Assembly: GCA_965200555.1 (NCBI GenBank)
Contig: OZ241365.1
Coordinates: 1,768,442 to 1,832,441, forward strand
DNA length: 64,000 nt
DNA from: Dehalococcoidia bacterium
GTDB taxonomy: Bacteria > Chloroflexota > Dehalococcoidia > UBA2979
Direction of reading: 5' to 3'
The notes under the pieces are model-generated. The model was not told the DNA's origin, did no database searches, and worked only from the letters and a program-made list of their open reading frames with translations. The stretch's first letter is position 1, and every line of letters starts with the position of its first letter. The position numbers and the translations under genes were made by a program. Positions 26,894-35,732 of this stretch are shown here, piece after piece.

Positions 26894-27745
26894 CTACGCC
26901 CCGTCGCCGAGGGCGTAGGGGCGGGCGGCGTCGGCGAGGCGGAGGGCGGCGGCGTGGGCGGCGACGTCGTGGACGCGCACGGCGTGCGCGCCGCGCCAGC
27001 TCGCCAGCACGTGGAAGGCCAGCGTCGCCTCCAGCTGGCCGGGCGCGTCCTGCCGCTTCGCGTGCCCCAGCGCCTCGGCGAGGAAGCCCTTGCGCGAGGC
27101 CGAGACCAGCAGCGGGTAGCCCTCGGCGGCCAGCGCGGGCAGCCCGCCCAGCAGCCGCAGGTTGTCGGCCAGCGACTTGCCGAACTCGAAGCCGGGGTCG
27201 AGCCACGGCCGCGGCGCGCCCGCCGCCTCGAGGGCGCGCGCGCGCTCCCGCAGGAATGCGCGCGCCTCGGCCGCCGCGTCGCCGTAGGTCTGGCTGGCCT
27301 CGTAGTGGCGGCGGGGCGCGCCGCGCATGTGCATCGCGATCGGCGTCGCGCCCCACTCGGCGGCGACGGCGACCATCGCCGGGTCGCGGAAGCCCGTCAC
27401 GTCGTTGATCGCGCCCGCGCCGGCCTCGGCCGCCGCCCGCGCCACCTCCGGCGTCCACGTGTCCACCGACACCGCCACGCCCTCGCGCGCCAGCGCCTCG
27501 ACGACGGGCGCGACGCGCTCCAGCTCCTCCTGCGGCGACGGCGCCGCCGCCCGCGACGAGGTCGAGTGCGCGCCCACGTCGACGATCGCCGCGCCCTCGG
27601 CCACCAGCTCGCGCGCCCGCGCGAGCGCCCGCCCGGGCGCGGCCACCGAGGCCGCGATCGGCGAGTCGGGCGAGAGGTTGAGGATGCCCATGATCGCCGT
27701 GCGCCCGGGCGAGCCGATGGCGCGCCCGCCGATCCGCAGCTCCAC
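26894..27745 (-). CDS. Dihydropteroate synthase-like protein (second, divergent DHPS paralogue; FolP2-like)
   Basis: Clear DHPS fold similarity (IMGILNLSPDS..., VDVGAHST, VSVDTW, GAINDVTG, DPGFEFGKS, SASRKGF, VRVHDVA). The N-terminal SPDSPIAAS lacks the canonical SFSDGG-type motif seen in the first copy at nt 1-842. Confidence 0.75.
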   Translation of the reverse strand: MELRIGGRAIGSPGRTAIMGILNLSPDSPIAASVAAPGRALARARELVAEGAAIVDVGAHSTSSRAAAPSPQEELERVAPVVEALAREGVAVSVDTWTPEVARAAAEAGAGAINDVTGFRDPAMVAVAAEWGATPIAMHMRGAPRRHYEASQTYGDAAAEARAFLRERARALEAAGAPRPWLDPGFEFGKSLADNLRLLGGLPALAAEGYPLLVSASRKGFLAEALGHAKRQDAPGQLEATLAFHVLASWRGAHAVRVHDVAAHAAALRLADAARPYALGDGA

Positions 27746-27891
27746 GCGCCACCCTCCGTCCGCCGCCGCCCCGCGGCCCAGTGTAGCCTCGGCGCCCCGC
27801 GCGCCCGCGCCGTGTTGCGCCGCGCGGGGCCGTCTCGTAGCGTCGCGGCGGCAACGGGGCGGCGAGGCGGCGCGAGCCGCGGGGAGCGCGC

Positions 27892-28671
27892 ATGACGGGC
27901 GAGCCGGCGCTCGTGGCGGCCGACTTCACCGCCGGCGAGCTGCGCCTGCTGCTCGCCGACCCCGGCGGCGCGCCGCTGCGGCGCGGTGCGTGGGCGCTCC
28001 CGCCGCTCGCGGACGAGCGCGCGTGGGCGTGGGAGGTCGGCGGGCGCATCGCCGCGCTGTTCGCCGCCGAGGGCTCGCGCCGCTCGGCCCTCGCCGTGGC
28101 CGTCGCCGCGCCCGGCGTCGTCGATCCCGTCGCCGGGCGGCTGGAGCACTCGGCGGGGCAGGAGGCGTGGGACGGCCTCGCCGTGGCCGAGGCGCTGCGC
28201 CGCCACATCGGCGCGCCGGTCGCCTGCGAGGGGCGCGCGCTGGCCGCGCTGATCGGCGAGCGCTGGCAGGGCGCGGCGGCCGGGGCCGACGACGTGCTCT
28301 ACGTCTCGCTGCGCGGCGCGCCGGCGGCGGCGCTGCTGGCCGGCGGCCGGCCCGTGCGCGGCGCGCGCCACGCCGCCGGAGCGCTGCCCGCCATGCCCGA
28401 ACTCGCCCCCGGCCAGCCGATCGGCGACGACGACCTCGAAACGGCGTCGGGGCTGCTCGCCGACGCCGCCGCGCTGCTCGCCCCCGAGCTGATCGTGATC
28501 GACGGCGCCGGCGAGCACGTGGGCCGCCTCGCGCCGCTGCTGCGGCGCGTGCTCGCCGAGGTCGCGCCCGGCCCCGAGGTCGTCGCCTCGGCGCTCGGCG
28601 ACGCGGCGGCGCTCGCCGGCGCGGCGCGCATCGCCGCGACCCTCGCGCTCGAGGGCGAGCGCAAGCCGTGA
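27892..28671 (+). CDS. ROK/ASKHA-fold sugar-kinase-like protein (short, possibly degenerate)
   Basis: Glycine-rich ASKHA-like segments (AVAVAAPGVVDP..., CEGRALAALIGERWQGAAAG..., LYVSLRGAPAAALLAGGRPVRG) are present. It lacks an obvious ROK zinc motif, so the assignment is tentative. Confidence 0.4.
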   Translation: MTGEPALVAADFTAGELRLLLADPGGAPLRRGAWALPPLADERAWAWEVGGRIAALFAAEGSRRSALAVAVAAPGVVDPVAGRLEHSAGQEAWDGLAVAEALRRHIGAPVACEGRALAALIGERWQGAAAGADDVLYVSLRGAPAAALLAGGRPVRGARHAAGALPAMPELAPGQPIGDDDLETASGLLADAAALLAPELIVIDGAGEHVGRLAPLLRRVLAEVAPGPEVVASALGDAAALAGAARIAATLALEGERKP

Positions 28672-29108
28672 GCGCCCTGCCCCCCGGCGGGGGCGCGCAA
28701 GGCGCGGGCGGCGCGGGCGGGCGGCCCTACGCGCTGGCGCTCGACGCCGACCGTCTCGGCACGCTGCTGGGCGCGATCGCGTGGGTGCTGGGGGCGCTCG
28801 AAATCATGCGCGACCGCGGCCACGCCGAGGCCAGCGAGGAGCTGCACGGGCTGCAGCAGTCGCTCGCGCCGCGCCTCGAAGCGCTGCTCGGCGACCTCGC
28901 GGCGGCGCGCGGCGCCGTCGAGGGCGGCCCCGCCGGCGCGGGCCACGGCGAGCGCGTCGAGGCGTCCTACGCGCGCGTGCGCGAGGCGTTCGAGCGCTGG
29001 ATCGCGCTCACCGCCTCGGACACCGCGAGCGTCGCCATCGGCCAGCGCCTCGCCGACCTCGCCGGCGGCGAGGGCGAGGGCGGTGCGGGCGGCGGCGGCG
29101 AGGGGTAG
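28668..29108 (+). CDS. Hypothetical protein
   Basis: The GTG overlaps the upstream stop (GTGA). 146-aa protein-like ORF with Gly-rich termini. Confidence 0.35.
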   Translation: MSALPPGGGAQGAGGAGGRPYALALDADRLGTLLGAIAWVLGALEIMRDRGHAEASEELHGLQQSLAPRLEALLGDLAAARGAVEGGPAGAGHGERVEASYARVREAFERWIALTASDTASVAIGQRLADLAGGEGEGGAGGGGEG

Positions 29109-29115
29109 CGCCCGC

Positions 29116-29343
29116 CTAGTTCGGCGAGGGCGCGTCGCGGTAGCGGGGCGAGAGGCCGGCCAGCGCCATCTCCGCGATTTCGAGCGCCGACTCCACCGTC
29201 TCCTCGCAGTTCCGCGCCTCAATGGCCTCGCCCAGTTCCTTGACGGCGTCGGCCAGCAGCTCCAGTTCGTCTTCCTCGGCGGCCTGCCGGATGGCGCGCA
29301 GCCGCGTCTCGGGGCTGCCCGTGGGGACGATCGTTCCGCTCAT
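29116..29343 (-). CDS. Small helical hypothetical protein, divergent from the DNA methyltransferase gene
   Basis: 75 aa ([75 protein letters not shown]). The remainder of the listed 143-aa ORF is a GC artefact. No HTH is evident. Confidence 0.35.
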   Translation of the reverse strand: MSGTIVPTGSPETRLRAIRQAAEEDELELLADAVKELGEAIEARNCEETVESALEIAEMALAGLSPRYRDAPSPN

Positions 29344-29392
29344 CTTCGCGCTCCTCGGAATGCGGCGCCTGTGCTTCGTGGATTGTATGTTC

Positions 29393-29422
29393 TGGACACT
29401 GCGCGCGCAACAGGGCAGAATA
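29393..29422 (+). promoter_or_regulatory. Putative promoter in the AT-richer divergent region upstream of dcm (TGGACA-18-AGAATA)
   Basis: Locally lower-GC stretch between the divergent small ORF and dcm. Valid only if dcm starts at GTG 29456 rather than ATG 29387. Confidence 0.2.
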
Positions 29423-29455
29423 CGCGCCCGTGGGAGTGGCGGGGCGGAGGGCGCA

Positions 29456-30487
29456 GTGGGCGGCGACTTCCGCTTCGTCGATCTGTTCGCGGGCATCGGC
29501 GGCCTGCGCCGGGGCTTCGACGCCGCGGGCGGACGCTGCGTGTTCACCTCCGAGTGGGACAGGCACGCGCAGGCGACCTACCGCGCCAACTTCGGAGACG
29601 CCCCCGATCACGTCATGGCCGGCGACATCCGCGGGGTGGCCGTGGCGGACGTGCCCGAGCACGACCTGCTGCTGGCCGGCTTCCCCTGCCAGCCGTTCTC
29701 GATCGCGGGCGTGAGCAAGAAGAACGCGATCGGCCAGCCGCACGGCTTCCGCTGCGACTCGCAGGGCACGCTGTTCTTCGACGCCGCGCGCATCATCGCC
29801 CACCGCCGCCCCGAGGCGTTCGTGCTCGAGAACGTCAAGAACCTCGTCAACCACGACCGGGGCCGCACCTTCCGCGTCATCCGCGAGACGCTGGAGGACG
29901 ACCTCGGCTACCACGTCACGGCGCGCGTGATCAACGCGAAGGGCTACGTCCCCCAGAACCGCGAGCGCATCTTCATCGCCGGCTTCCGCGACCGCGACGA
30001 CGTGAGCCTCGACGACATGTACGTCCCCGACCCCGGCGACGGGCCGAAGCTGCGCTCCGTCCTCCACCCCGAGGACGGCAACGAGGCGCCGGAGCCCCCC
30101 TACACCGATAGCAAGGGCCGCGTCCGCGACCGCTATGCGCTCACCGACCACCTCTGGCAATACCTGCAGGACTACGCGGAGAAGCACCGGCGGCGCGGCA
30201 ACGGCTTCGGGTTCGGCCTCGTGGGGCCGGAGGACGTGGCGCGCACGCTCTCGGCCCGCTACTACAAGGACGGCTCCGAGATTCTGGTGCGGCGCGAGGG
30301 CGGGAACCCGCGCCGCCTGACGCCTCGCGAGTGCGCGCGGCTCATGGGGTTCGACCGGCCGGGCGAGCCGCCGTTCGCCATCCCGGTCTCCGACACGCAG
30401 GCCTACCGCCAGTTCGGCAACGCCGTCGCCGCGCCGGTCGGGGACGCGGTGGCGGCGTTCGTCGTCCGCCGCCTGCGCGGAGGCTGA
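29456..30487 (+). CDS. dcm: DNA (cytosine-5)-methyltransferase (Dcm/M.EcoRII-like); alternative upstream ATG at 29387
   Basis: All C5-MTase motifs are present: [45 protein letters not shown]. The GTG at 29456 has GGAGGG five nt upstream. Confidence 0.9.
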   Translation: MGGDFRFVDLFAGIGGLRRGFDAAGGRCVFTSEWDRHAQATYRANFGDAPDHVMAGDIRGVAVADVPEHDLLLAGFPCQPFSIAGVSKKNAIGQPHGFRCDSQGTLFFDAARIIAHRRPEAFVLENVKNLVNHDRGRTFRVIRETLEDDLGYHVTARVINAKGYVPQNRERIFIAGFRDRDDVSLDDMYVPDPGDGPKLRSVLHPEDGNEAPEPPYTDSKGRVRDRYALTDHLWQYLQDYAEKHRRRGNGFGFGLVGPEDVARTLSARYYKDGSEILVRREGGNPRRLTPRECARLMGFDRPGEPPFAIPVSDTQAYRQFGNAVAAPVGDAVAAFVVRRLRGG

Positions 30488-30490
30488 GCG

Positions 30491-30943
30491 ATGGCCGACG
30501 TGGTGGACGCCGCGACGCGCAGCCGCATGATGGCGGGCATCCGCGGGCGCGACACGCGGCCCGAACTCGTGATCCGGCGCGGCCTCCACGCGCGCGGCTA
30601 CCGCTACCGCCTCTACTCGCGCCGCCTGCCGGGCCGCCCCGACCTCGCGTTCACGTCGCGCAAGGCGGTGATCTTCGTCCAGGGCTGCTTCTGGCACGGC
30701 CACGACTGCCCGCTCTTCAGGTGGCCCGCCACCCGCGCCGGGTGGTGGCGCGCGAAGATCGAGGCCACCCGCGAGCGCGACCGCGCCGTGCGCGACCGCC
30801 TCGCCGCGATGGGCTGGCGTCAGCTGCGCGTGTGGGAATGCGCCCTCAAGGGCCCGCAGCGCCGCGATCCAGACGCGGTGCTCGACGAGATCGCCGCGTG
30901 GCTCGACGGCGACGAGCCGGAGCGCGACACGAGGGGGGCGTAA
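30491..30943 (+). CDS. vsr: Very-short-patch-repair endonuclease
   Basis: TRSRMMAGIRGRDTRPE...LPGRPDLAF...AVIFVQGCFWHGHDC...GWRQLRVWEC is the Vsr family signature. It lies directly downstream of dcm. Confidence 0.9.
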   Translation: MADVVDAATRSRMMAGIRGRDTRPELVIRRGLHARGYRYRLYSRRLPGRPDLAFTSRKAVIFVQGCFWHGHDCPLFRWPATRAGWWRAKIEATRERDRAVRDRLAAMGWRQLRVWECALKGPQRRDPDAVLDEIAAWLDGDEPERDTRGA

Positions 30944-32202
30944 TGCCGGTCATGGACCTCGGCGACTGGCTCGACGAGCAGATGGAGATCGCGCTGGCCC
31001 CCATGCTGCTTCAGGACGCCGCCGCCGAACACGGCGTGCTCTGGTATGCCAAACGGCTGTCCGCCAACGACACGCAGGCCACAGGGGGCCACCAGGCTGG
31101 CTTCTACATCCCGAAGCGGATCGCATTCCTGCTTATCCCGTCGCTGCACCAGCCCTCCGAACTGAACCCCCGGGTCGAGTTCGAAATGCTGGTCGACAGT
31201 CACCCCGAGGCACGAGAAGTCCGCGCCATCTGGTACAACAAAAAACTCCACGGCGGCACTAACGATGAAGTGAGGGTGACGGGCCTCGGCGGGGCTTCGC
31301 GTTCGCCGCTACTGGACCCGGCTTTGACTGGCGCACTGGCAGTGTTCGCGTTCCATCAAGGAACGCCGCCGAAAGGACTTGTGTGCCATGTCTGGGTCTG
31401 TGAGCACGACACCGAAGCCGATCTCATCGAAGAACGTATCGGACCAGTCGAAACGGGACAGGGGCGACTATGGCCCGATCTCCTCGCTCCGCTCAATCAG
31501 CCGGGCAGGTGCTGGCTTGAACCGGATGAACTCCCCAGAACCTGGCTCGATAACTATCCCACGGGCGAGGAAGTGCTCAGAAAGGTATTGGAGCTCCGGC
31601 CGGAGCGTTCGGCCAGTGCGGATGCCCGTCTCTCGCGTCGTCGTGATTGCGAGGAGGCGCTGTTCTACAGCATCGAGAATGCCATAGAGTTTCCGAGAAT
31701 ACGCGAGCGGTTCTGGAGTTTCGACAGCTTCGGTGAAATCATCGATCACATGATGCCGAGCATTCAGAGGCGCAGATCGCGCTCGGGCAACTCGCTCCAG
31801 CTCCAGATCCGCGAGATTTTCAGAGAGGAAGGATTGGATGAGGGAACTGACTTCTCCTACCAGCCGATTTCGGAGCGGAGAAACCGCCCGGACTTCCTCT
31901 TTCCGAGCGTAGCTGCCTACCGCGATCAGAAATACCCACAGGACCGGCTCCGGATGCTGGCTGTCAAAACCTCGTTGCGCGACCGCTGGCGGCAAGTGCT
32001 CAGGGAGGCCGACCGCATTGGGAAGAAGCACCTGCTCACGCTGGACACAGCAGTTACCGAGGAACTGCTGAACGATATCGATCAAGCGGACATCCAACTA
32101 GTCGTGCCTCGGTCACTGCATCGGAAGTACCCTGATTCGGCTCGGGCGACGCTACAGACGGTGGAGGAATTCATCGGCGAGGTGCGCGCCCTTGCGGGCT
32201 AG
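30943..32202 (+). CDS. Putative type II restriction endonuclease (EcoRII-like: N-terminal B3-like DNA-binding domain + C-terminal catalytic domain)
   Basis: The ATG overlaps the vsr stop (TAATG). The N-terminal LSANDTQATGGHQAGFYIPK resembles the EcoRII-N effector domain. 419 aa. Markedly lower GC than the surrounding genome. Its position next to Dcm+Vsr fits a CCWGG-type R-M module. Confidence 0.6.
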   Translation: MPVMDLGDWLDEQMEIALAPMLLQDAAAEHGVLWYAKRLSANDTQATGGHQAGFYIPKRIAFLLIPSLHQPSELNPRVEFEMLVDSHPEAREVRAIWYNKKLHGGTNDEVRVTGLGGASRSPLLDPALTGALAVFAFHQGTPPKGLVCHVWVCEHDTEADLIEERIGPVETGQGRLWPDLLAPLNQPGRCWLEPDELPRTWLDNYPTGEEVLRKVLELRPERSASADARLSRRRDCEEALFYSIENAIEFPRIRERFWSFDSFGEIIDHMMPSIQRRRSRSGNSLQLQIREIFREEGLDEGTDFSYQPISERRNRPDFLFPSVAAYRDQKYPQDRLRMLAVKTSLRDRWRQVLREADRIGKKHLLTLDTAVTEELLNDIDQADIQLVVPRSLHRKYPDSARATLQTVEEFIGEVRALAG

Positions 32203-33254
32203 TCCGGCGCGCCGGGGCGCGGTTCGAGGGCGAAGGCCGACGCCAGCAGCTCGTAGGAGCGGAGGCGGTCGGCGTAGGCGTGGGTGATGGTGACGACGAC
32301 GAACTCGCGGACGCCGAGGTCCGCGGCGAGCGCCTCGAGGCGTGCGCGCACCAGCGCCGGGCCGCCGACGAGGGCGTTCGCGCGCTGGAAGCCGATGTAG
32401 TCGCGCTCGGCCTCGGTCAGCGGCTCGGCGAGCGCGGCCTCGACCGAGGGCACGCCCGCGCCGAGGCCCTGCCGGTTGCGGAGGCGCCACAGCCAGCGGC
32501 TCATCGCCAGCTCCCCGGCGCGCTCGTCGCTGTCGGCGCAGGTGACGGCGACGCCGGCGCTGGCGCGCGGTTCGGCGAGCCAGCGCGAGGGCCGGAAGTC
32601 GCGGCGGTAGAGCGCGATCGCCTCGCCCGCCCACTCCTCCTGGATGAAGTGGGCGAAGGAGAAGGGCAGCCCGAAGGCGGCGGCGAGGCTCGCGCTTTCG
32701 AGCGAGGAGCCGAGCAGCCACGGTTCGGGCGCGGTGGGGCCGAGCGGGGTGGCGCGGACGCTGCGGAACTCGTGGCCCTCCGGCGGCTCGCCGGCGACGA
32801 GGCGCAGCAGGTCGGCGACCTGCGCGGGGTAGTGGTGGATGCCGAGCGCGCCGGGGCCGAGCGTGAGCGCGGCGGCGGTGAGGCCGTCGGAGCCGGGCGC
32901 GCGGCCCAGCCCGAGGTCGATGCGGCCGGGGTAGAGCGTCTCCAGCAGGCGGAAGTTCTCGGCCACCTTGAGCGGGGCGTAGTGGGAGAGCATGACGCCG
33001 CCGGAGCCGACGCGCATCGCCGAGGTCTCGGCGGCGACGCGCGCGATCAGCACCTCGGGCGCGGAGCCGGCGAGGCCGCGGCTGTTGTGGTGCTCGGCCA
33101 GCCAGTAGCGCGAGTAGCCGAGCCGCTCGGCGGCGCGCGCGAGCCGCAGCGTCTCGGCGAGCGCTTCGGCCGCCGTGCCGCCCTCGCGGATCGGCGACTG
33201 GTCGAGCACGCCGAGCGTGATCGCCGGGGGGCCGCCGCCGTCCGCGTCCTCCAT
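32199..33254 (-). CDS. LLM-class flavin-dependent (luciferase-like) oxidoreductase
   Basis: Translation ...SRYWLAEHHNSRGLAGSAPEVLIA...GGVMLSHYAPLKVAENF...YPGRIDLGLGRAPG matches the luciferase-like monooxygenase family. Confidence 0.8.
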   Translation of the reverse strand: MEDADGGGPPAITLGVLDQSPIREGGTAAEALAETLRLARAAERLGYSRYWLAEHHNSRGLAGSAPEVLIARVAAETSAMRVGSGGVMLSHYAPLKVAENFRLLETLYPGRIDLGLGRAPGSDGLTAAALTLGPGALGIHHYPAQVADLLRLVAGEPPEGHEFRSVRATPLGPTAPEPWLLGSSLESASLAAAFGLPFSFAHFIQEEWAGEAIALYRRDFRPSRWLAEPRASAGVAVTCADSDERAGELAMSRWLWRLRNRQGLGAGVPSVEAALAEPLTEAERDYIGFQRANALVGGPALVRARLEALAADLGVREFVVVTITHAYADRLRSYELLASAFALEPRPGAPD

Positions 33255-33299
33255 GCGCCGAGGATACCGCGCCGCCGGGCATCGGTCGGGCGCGCGGCC

Positions 33300-33962
33300 T
33301 CAGTTGAGGGCGCCGTGGACGCTCCAGCGGCTGACGGGCGGCGGGGCGGCGCGCTCGCGCAGGCGCTCCAGCACGCCCTCGAACATCGCGACGGCGCGCG
33401 CGAGCCGCGCGGCGGGATCGAGCGTTTCGAGCAGGCGCTGGCGTTCCGCGGCGCTGCCCGCGCCGGTCGCGCCGATGGCGTCGGCGAGCGCGCCGCTGCC
33501 GCGCGGGAGTGGCGCGGGGGCGTCCTCGCCGCGCTCGCCGCGGGCGGACGGCCGCAGCCGCGCGAACGCCTCGAGCTGCGCGCGCGCCCGCTCGCGCAGC
33601 GCCTCGGGCGCCTCGCCGGGCGGCTCGGCGAGCGGTTCGGCGTCGCAGCGCAGGTAGGGGCGGTCGCGGTGGAGGCGGACGATGCGGAAGCGCCGCTCGC
33701 CGCGCGCGAGCACGAGCAGCGAGTCCGGCAGCGGGCCGGGGTCGGCGCGCTCGATGCGGGCGGTCGCGCCGACCTCGAAGGGTTCGGCGTAGCCGCCGAC
33801 CTCGGGCCCCTCGCGGATCAGCGCGACGCCGAAGGGTTCGCCGCGCTCGCGGCACTCGGCGACGAGCCGCAGGTAGCGGGGCTCGAAGACGTGCAGCGGC
33901 AGCGCCATGCCGGGGAACAGCACGCCGTGCAGCGGGAACAGCCGCAGCGGCATCGCGTCCAT
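33300..33962 (-). CDS. Lon N-terminal (LON substrate-binding) domain protein
   Basis: MPLRLFPLHGVLFPGMALPLHVFEPRYLRLV is the PUA-like Lon-N signature. About 220 aa. The remainder of the listed 617-aa ORF is an artefact. Confidence 0.7.
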   Translation of the reverse strand: MDAMPLRLFPLHGVLFPGMALPLHVFEPRYLRLVAECRERGEPFGVALIREGPEVGGYAEPFEVGATARIERADPGPLPDSLLVLARGERRFRIVRLHRDRPYLRCDAEPLAEPPGEAPEALRERARAQLEAFARLRPSARGERGEDAPAPLPRGSGALADAIGATGAGSAAERQRLLETLDPAARLARAVAMFEGVLERLRERAAPPPVSRWSVHGALN

Positions 33963-34051
33963 CGAGGCGCCCTCCGCGGGCAGCGTAGCGCGCGCGGCCC
34001 CCCGGCGCGCGCGAGGGGCCGCCGGCGCGGGGGTTGCGGGGCGCGGCGGCG

Positions 34052-34082
34052 TTTGCAAGGGCGTCCGCCGCGTTGCTATGTT
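34052..34082 (+). promoter_or_regulatory. Putative sigma70-type promoter for the nitronate monooxygenase gene (TTGCAA-18-TATGTT)
   Basis: A -35/-10-like pair lies about 55 nt upstream of ATG 34140, in the divergent intergenic region shared with the Lon-N gene. Located by eye only. Confidence 0.25.
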
Positions 34083-34139
34083 CGCGCTGCCGCACGGCCG
34101 CCGCCGCGCGGGCGGCGCACCGCGGCGGGAGGTAGGGCC

Positions 34140-35249
34140 ATGAACGGCGATCCGCTGCGTACCCGCTTCTGCGAGGAGCTCGACTGCGAGTTCCCGATCG
34201 TCGCGTTCGCGCACACCCGCGAGGTGATCGCCGCCGTCACCAACGCCGGCGCCGTCGGCGTGCTCGGCGCGACCGGGCTGGAGCCCGACGAGCTCGAACG
34301 CGACATCCGCTGGATCCGCGAGCAGGTCGGCGACAAGGCCTTCGGCGTCGACCTGCTGGTGCCGGCCTCGTTCGTGCAGGGCAACCGCGAGGACCTCGAG
34401 GAGATGATCCCGCAGGAGCACCGCGACTTCGTGGCGGGGCTGATGCGCGACAACGACATCCCGCCGCCGAAGAAGGAGCCCGACGGCGGCATCGACGCGG
34501 GGCTGCTGGAGAAGGCGCAGCGCCAGCTCGACGTGGTGCTGGCGGAGCGGACGCCGATCTTCGCCTCGGGCCTCGGCAGCCCCGCGTTCATCCTCGACCG
34601 CGCGCACGCCGCGGGCACGCGGGTGTGGGGGCTGGTCGGGATGCGCCGTCAGGCGGTGCGCGAGCTCGACGCGAAGGTGGACGGCGTGATCGCGCAAGGC
34701 GGCGACGCGGGCGGCCACAGCGGGCGCATCGGCACCTTCTCGCTGGTGCCGGAGGTGGTGAAGGCGCGCAACGAGCGCAGCCCCGGCAGCCTCGTGCTCG
34801 CGGCCGGCGGCGTCACCACCGGCGCGCACGTCGCGGCGGCGATCGCGCTGGGCGCGGACGCCGTGTGGTGCGGCACCGTCTGGCAGGCCACCGAGGAGTC
34901 CAAGACCGAGGACTACGCCAAGCGCAAGCTGCTCGACGCCGTGGTCGAGGACGCCGTGCAGTCGCGCGCGACGACCGGCAAGCCGGTGCGCCAGGTGCGC
35001 TCCCGCTGGACCGAGGCGTGGGCCGCCCCCGACGCCCCCGACCCCCTGCCGATGCCCCTCCAGCCGATGCTGGTCAAGGAGATCAAGCAGGCGATCGACG
35101 ACCACCACCTCGAGGACTGGAGCGGCCCTCCGGCCGGCCAGGGCGTGGGCCACATCCAGTCGATCAGGCCCGCGCGCCAGGTGGTGCTCGACCTCATGGA
35201 GGAGGCGCGGGACGCCATCGGCCGCCTCGCCGGCGCCCCCGTCGCCTGA
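34140..35249 (+). CDS. Nitronate monooxygenase (2-nitropropane dioxygenase-like, FMN-dependent)
   Basis: NMO family blocks are present (FPIVAFAHT..., GVIAQGGDAGGHSG, LAAGGVTTGAHVAAAIALGADAVWCGT). The ATG at 34140 is internal to the artefactual 989-aa ORF. Confidence 0.85.
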   Translation: MNGDPLRTRFCEELDCEFPIVAFAHTREVIAAVTNAGAVGVLGATGLEPDELERDIRWIREQVGDKAFGVDLLVPASFVQGNREDLEEMIPQEHRDFVAGLMRDNDIPPPKKEPDGGIDAGLLEKAQRQLDVVLAERTPIFASGLGSPAFILDRAHAAGTRVWGLVGMRRQAVRELDAKVDGVIAQGGDAGGHSGRIGTFSLVPEVVKARNERSPGSLVLAAGGVTTGAHVAAAIALGADAVWCGTVWQATEESKTEDYAKRKLLDAVVEDAVQSRATTGKPVRQVRSRWTEAWAAPDAPDPLPMPLQPMLVKEIKQAIDDHHLEDWSGPPAGQGVGHIQSIRPARQVVLDLMEEARDAIGRLAGAPVA

Positions 35250-35255
35250 CGGGGG

Positions 35256-35282
35256 CGCCGCCCCTCGGCCCCTCGGGCGGCG
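35256..35282. terminator. Candidate hairpin between convergent nitronate monooxygenase and PIN-toxin genes
   Basis: cgccgccc-(11 nt)-gggcggcg forms an 8-bp stem in the 60-nt convergent intergenic gap. Confidence 0.3.
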
Positions 35283-35309
35283 GCGTCCGCCCGAGGCGCT
35301 GGCGCCGCG

Positions 35310-35732
35310 TCAGCCGTCGTCGAGCGCGGTCAGCACCTCGACGCCGAGGGCGCGCGCCACGGCGCAGGCGTTCCGGTCGTGCGACATGTACGGCACGCCG
35401 TGCTCGGCCGCGTGGGCGATGATCCAGAGGTCGTTGTCGCCGACCCGCGCCAACCTCAACTCGCGCCGCCGTACGCGCGCGCGGTTGTACCAGGTGGATG
35501 TCGCCTCCACGGCGGGAAGGCGAACGCATTCCCGGTACAGCGCCTCAAGCCGTGCCATCCGTTGCTCCCCCCAATTCCTGCCCGCCAGTTCCGTTTCGGC
35601 AAAGTAAGACAATGCGATCACGCGCTCCCCCAACAGTTCGCGGTAGCGCCTGCCGTGTTGGCTTTGCAAGGTGAAATAGGAGAGTACGGGGGTGTCCACC
35701 ACAACATAGGTGAGAGCACGTCCAGCGGTCAT
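35310..35732 (-). CDS. PIN-domain ribonuclease toxin (VapC-like)
   Basis: N-terminal VVDTPVL... with conserved acidic residues across the domain (..ETE.., ..DNDLWIIAHA..). 140 aa. Its start overlaps the upstream gene by 4 nt. Confidence 0.7.
   Translation of the reverse strand: MTAGRALTYVVVDTPVLSYFTLQSQHGRRYRELLGERVIALSYFAETELAGRNWGEQRMARLEALYRECVRLPAVEATSTWYNRARVRRRELRLARVGDNDLWIIAHAAEHGVPYMSHDRNACAVARALGVEVLTALDDG

Noticed and set aside
27327-29108. 593-aa ORF 27327..29108 + spanning the folP2 antisense strand, the ROK-like gene and the downstream hypothetical gene.
   Set aside because: It is a composite read-through in a GC-rich frame. Only the final about 146 codons (28668..29108) are called, as a separate hypothetical CDS with a GTG overlapping the upstream stop.
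32280-34139. 989-aa ORF 32280..35249 + that would fuse a long N-terminal extension to the nitronate monooxygenase.
   Set aside because: The N-terminal 620 aa are low-complexity and antisense to the LLM oxidoreductase and Lon-N genes. The real gene starts at ATG 34140 with the canonical NMO N-terminus.
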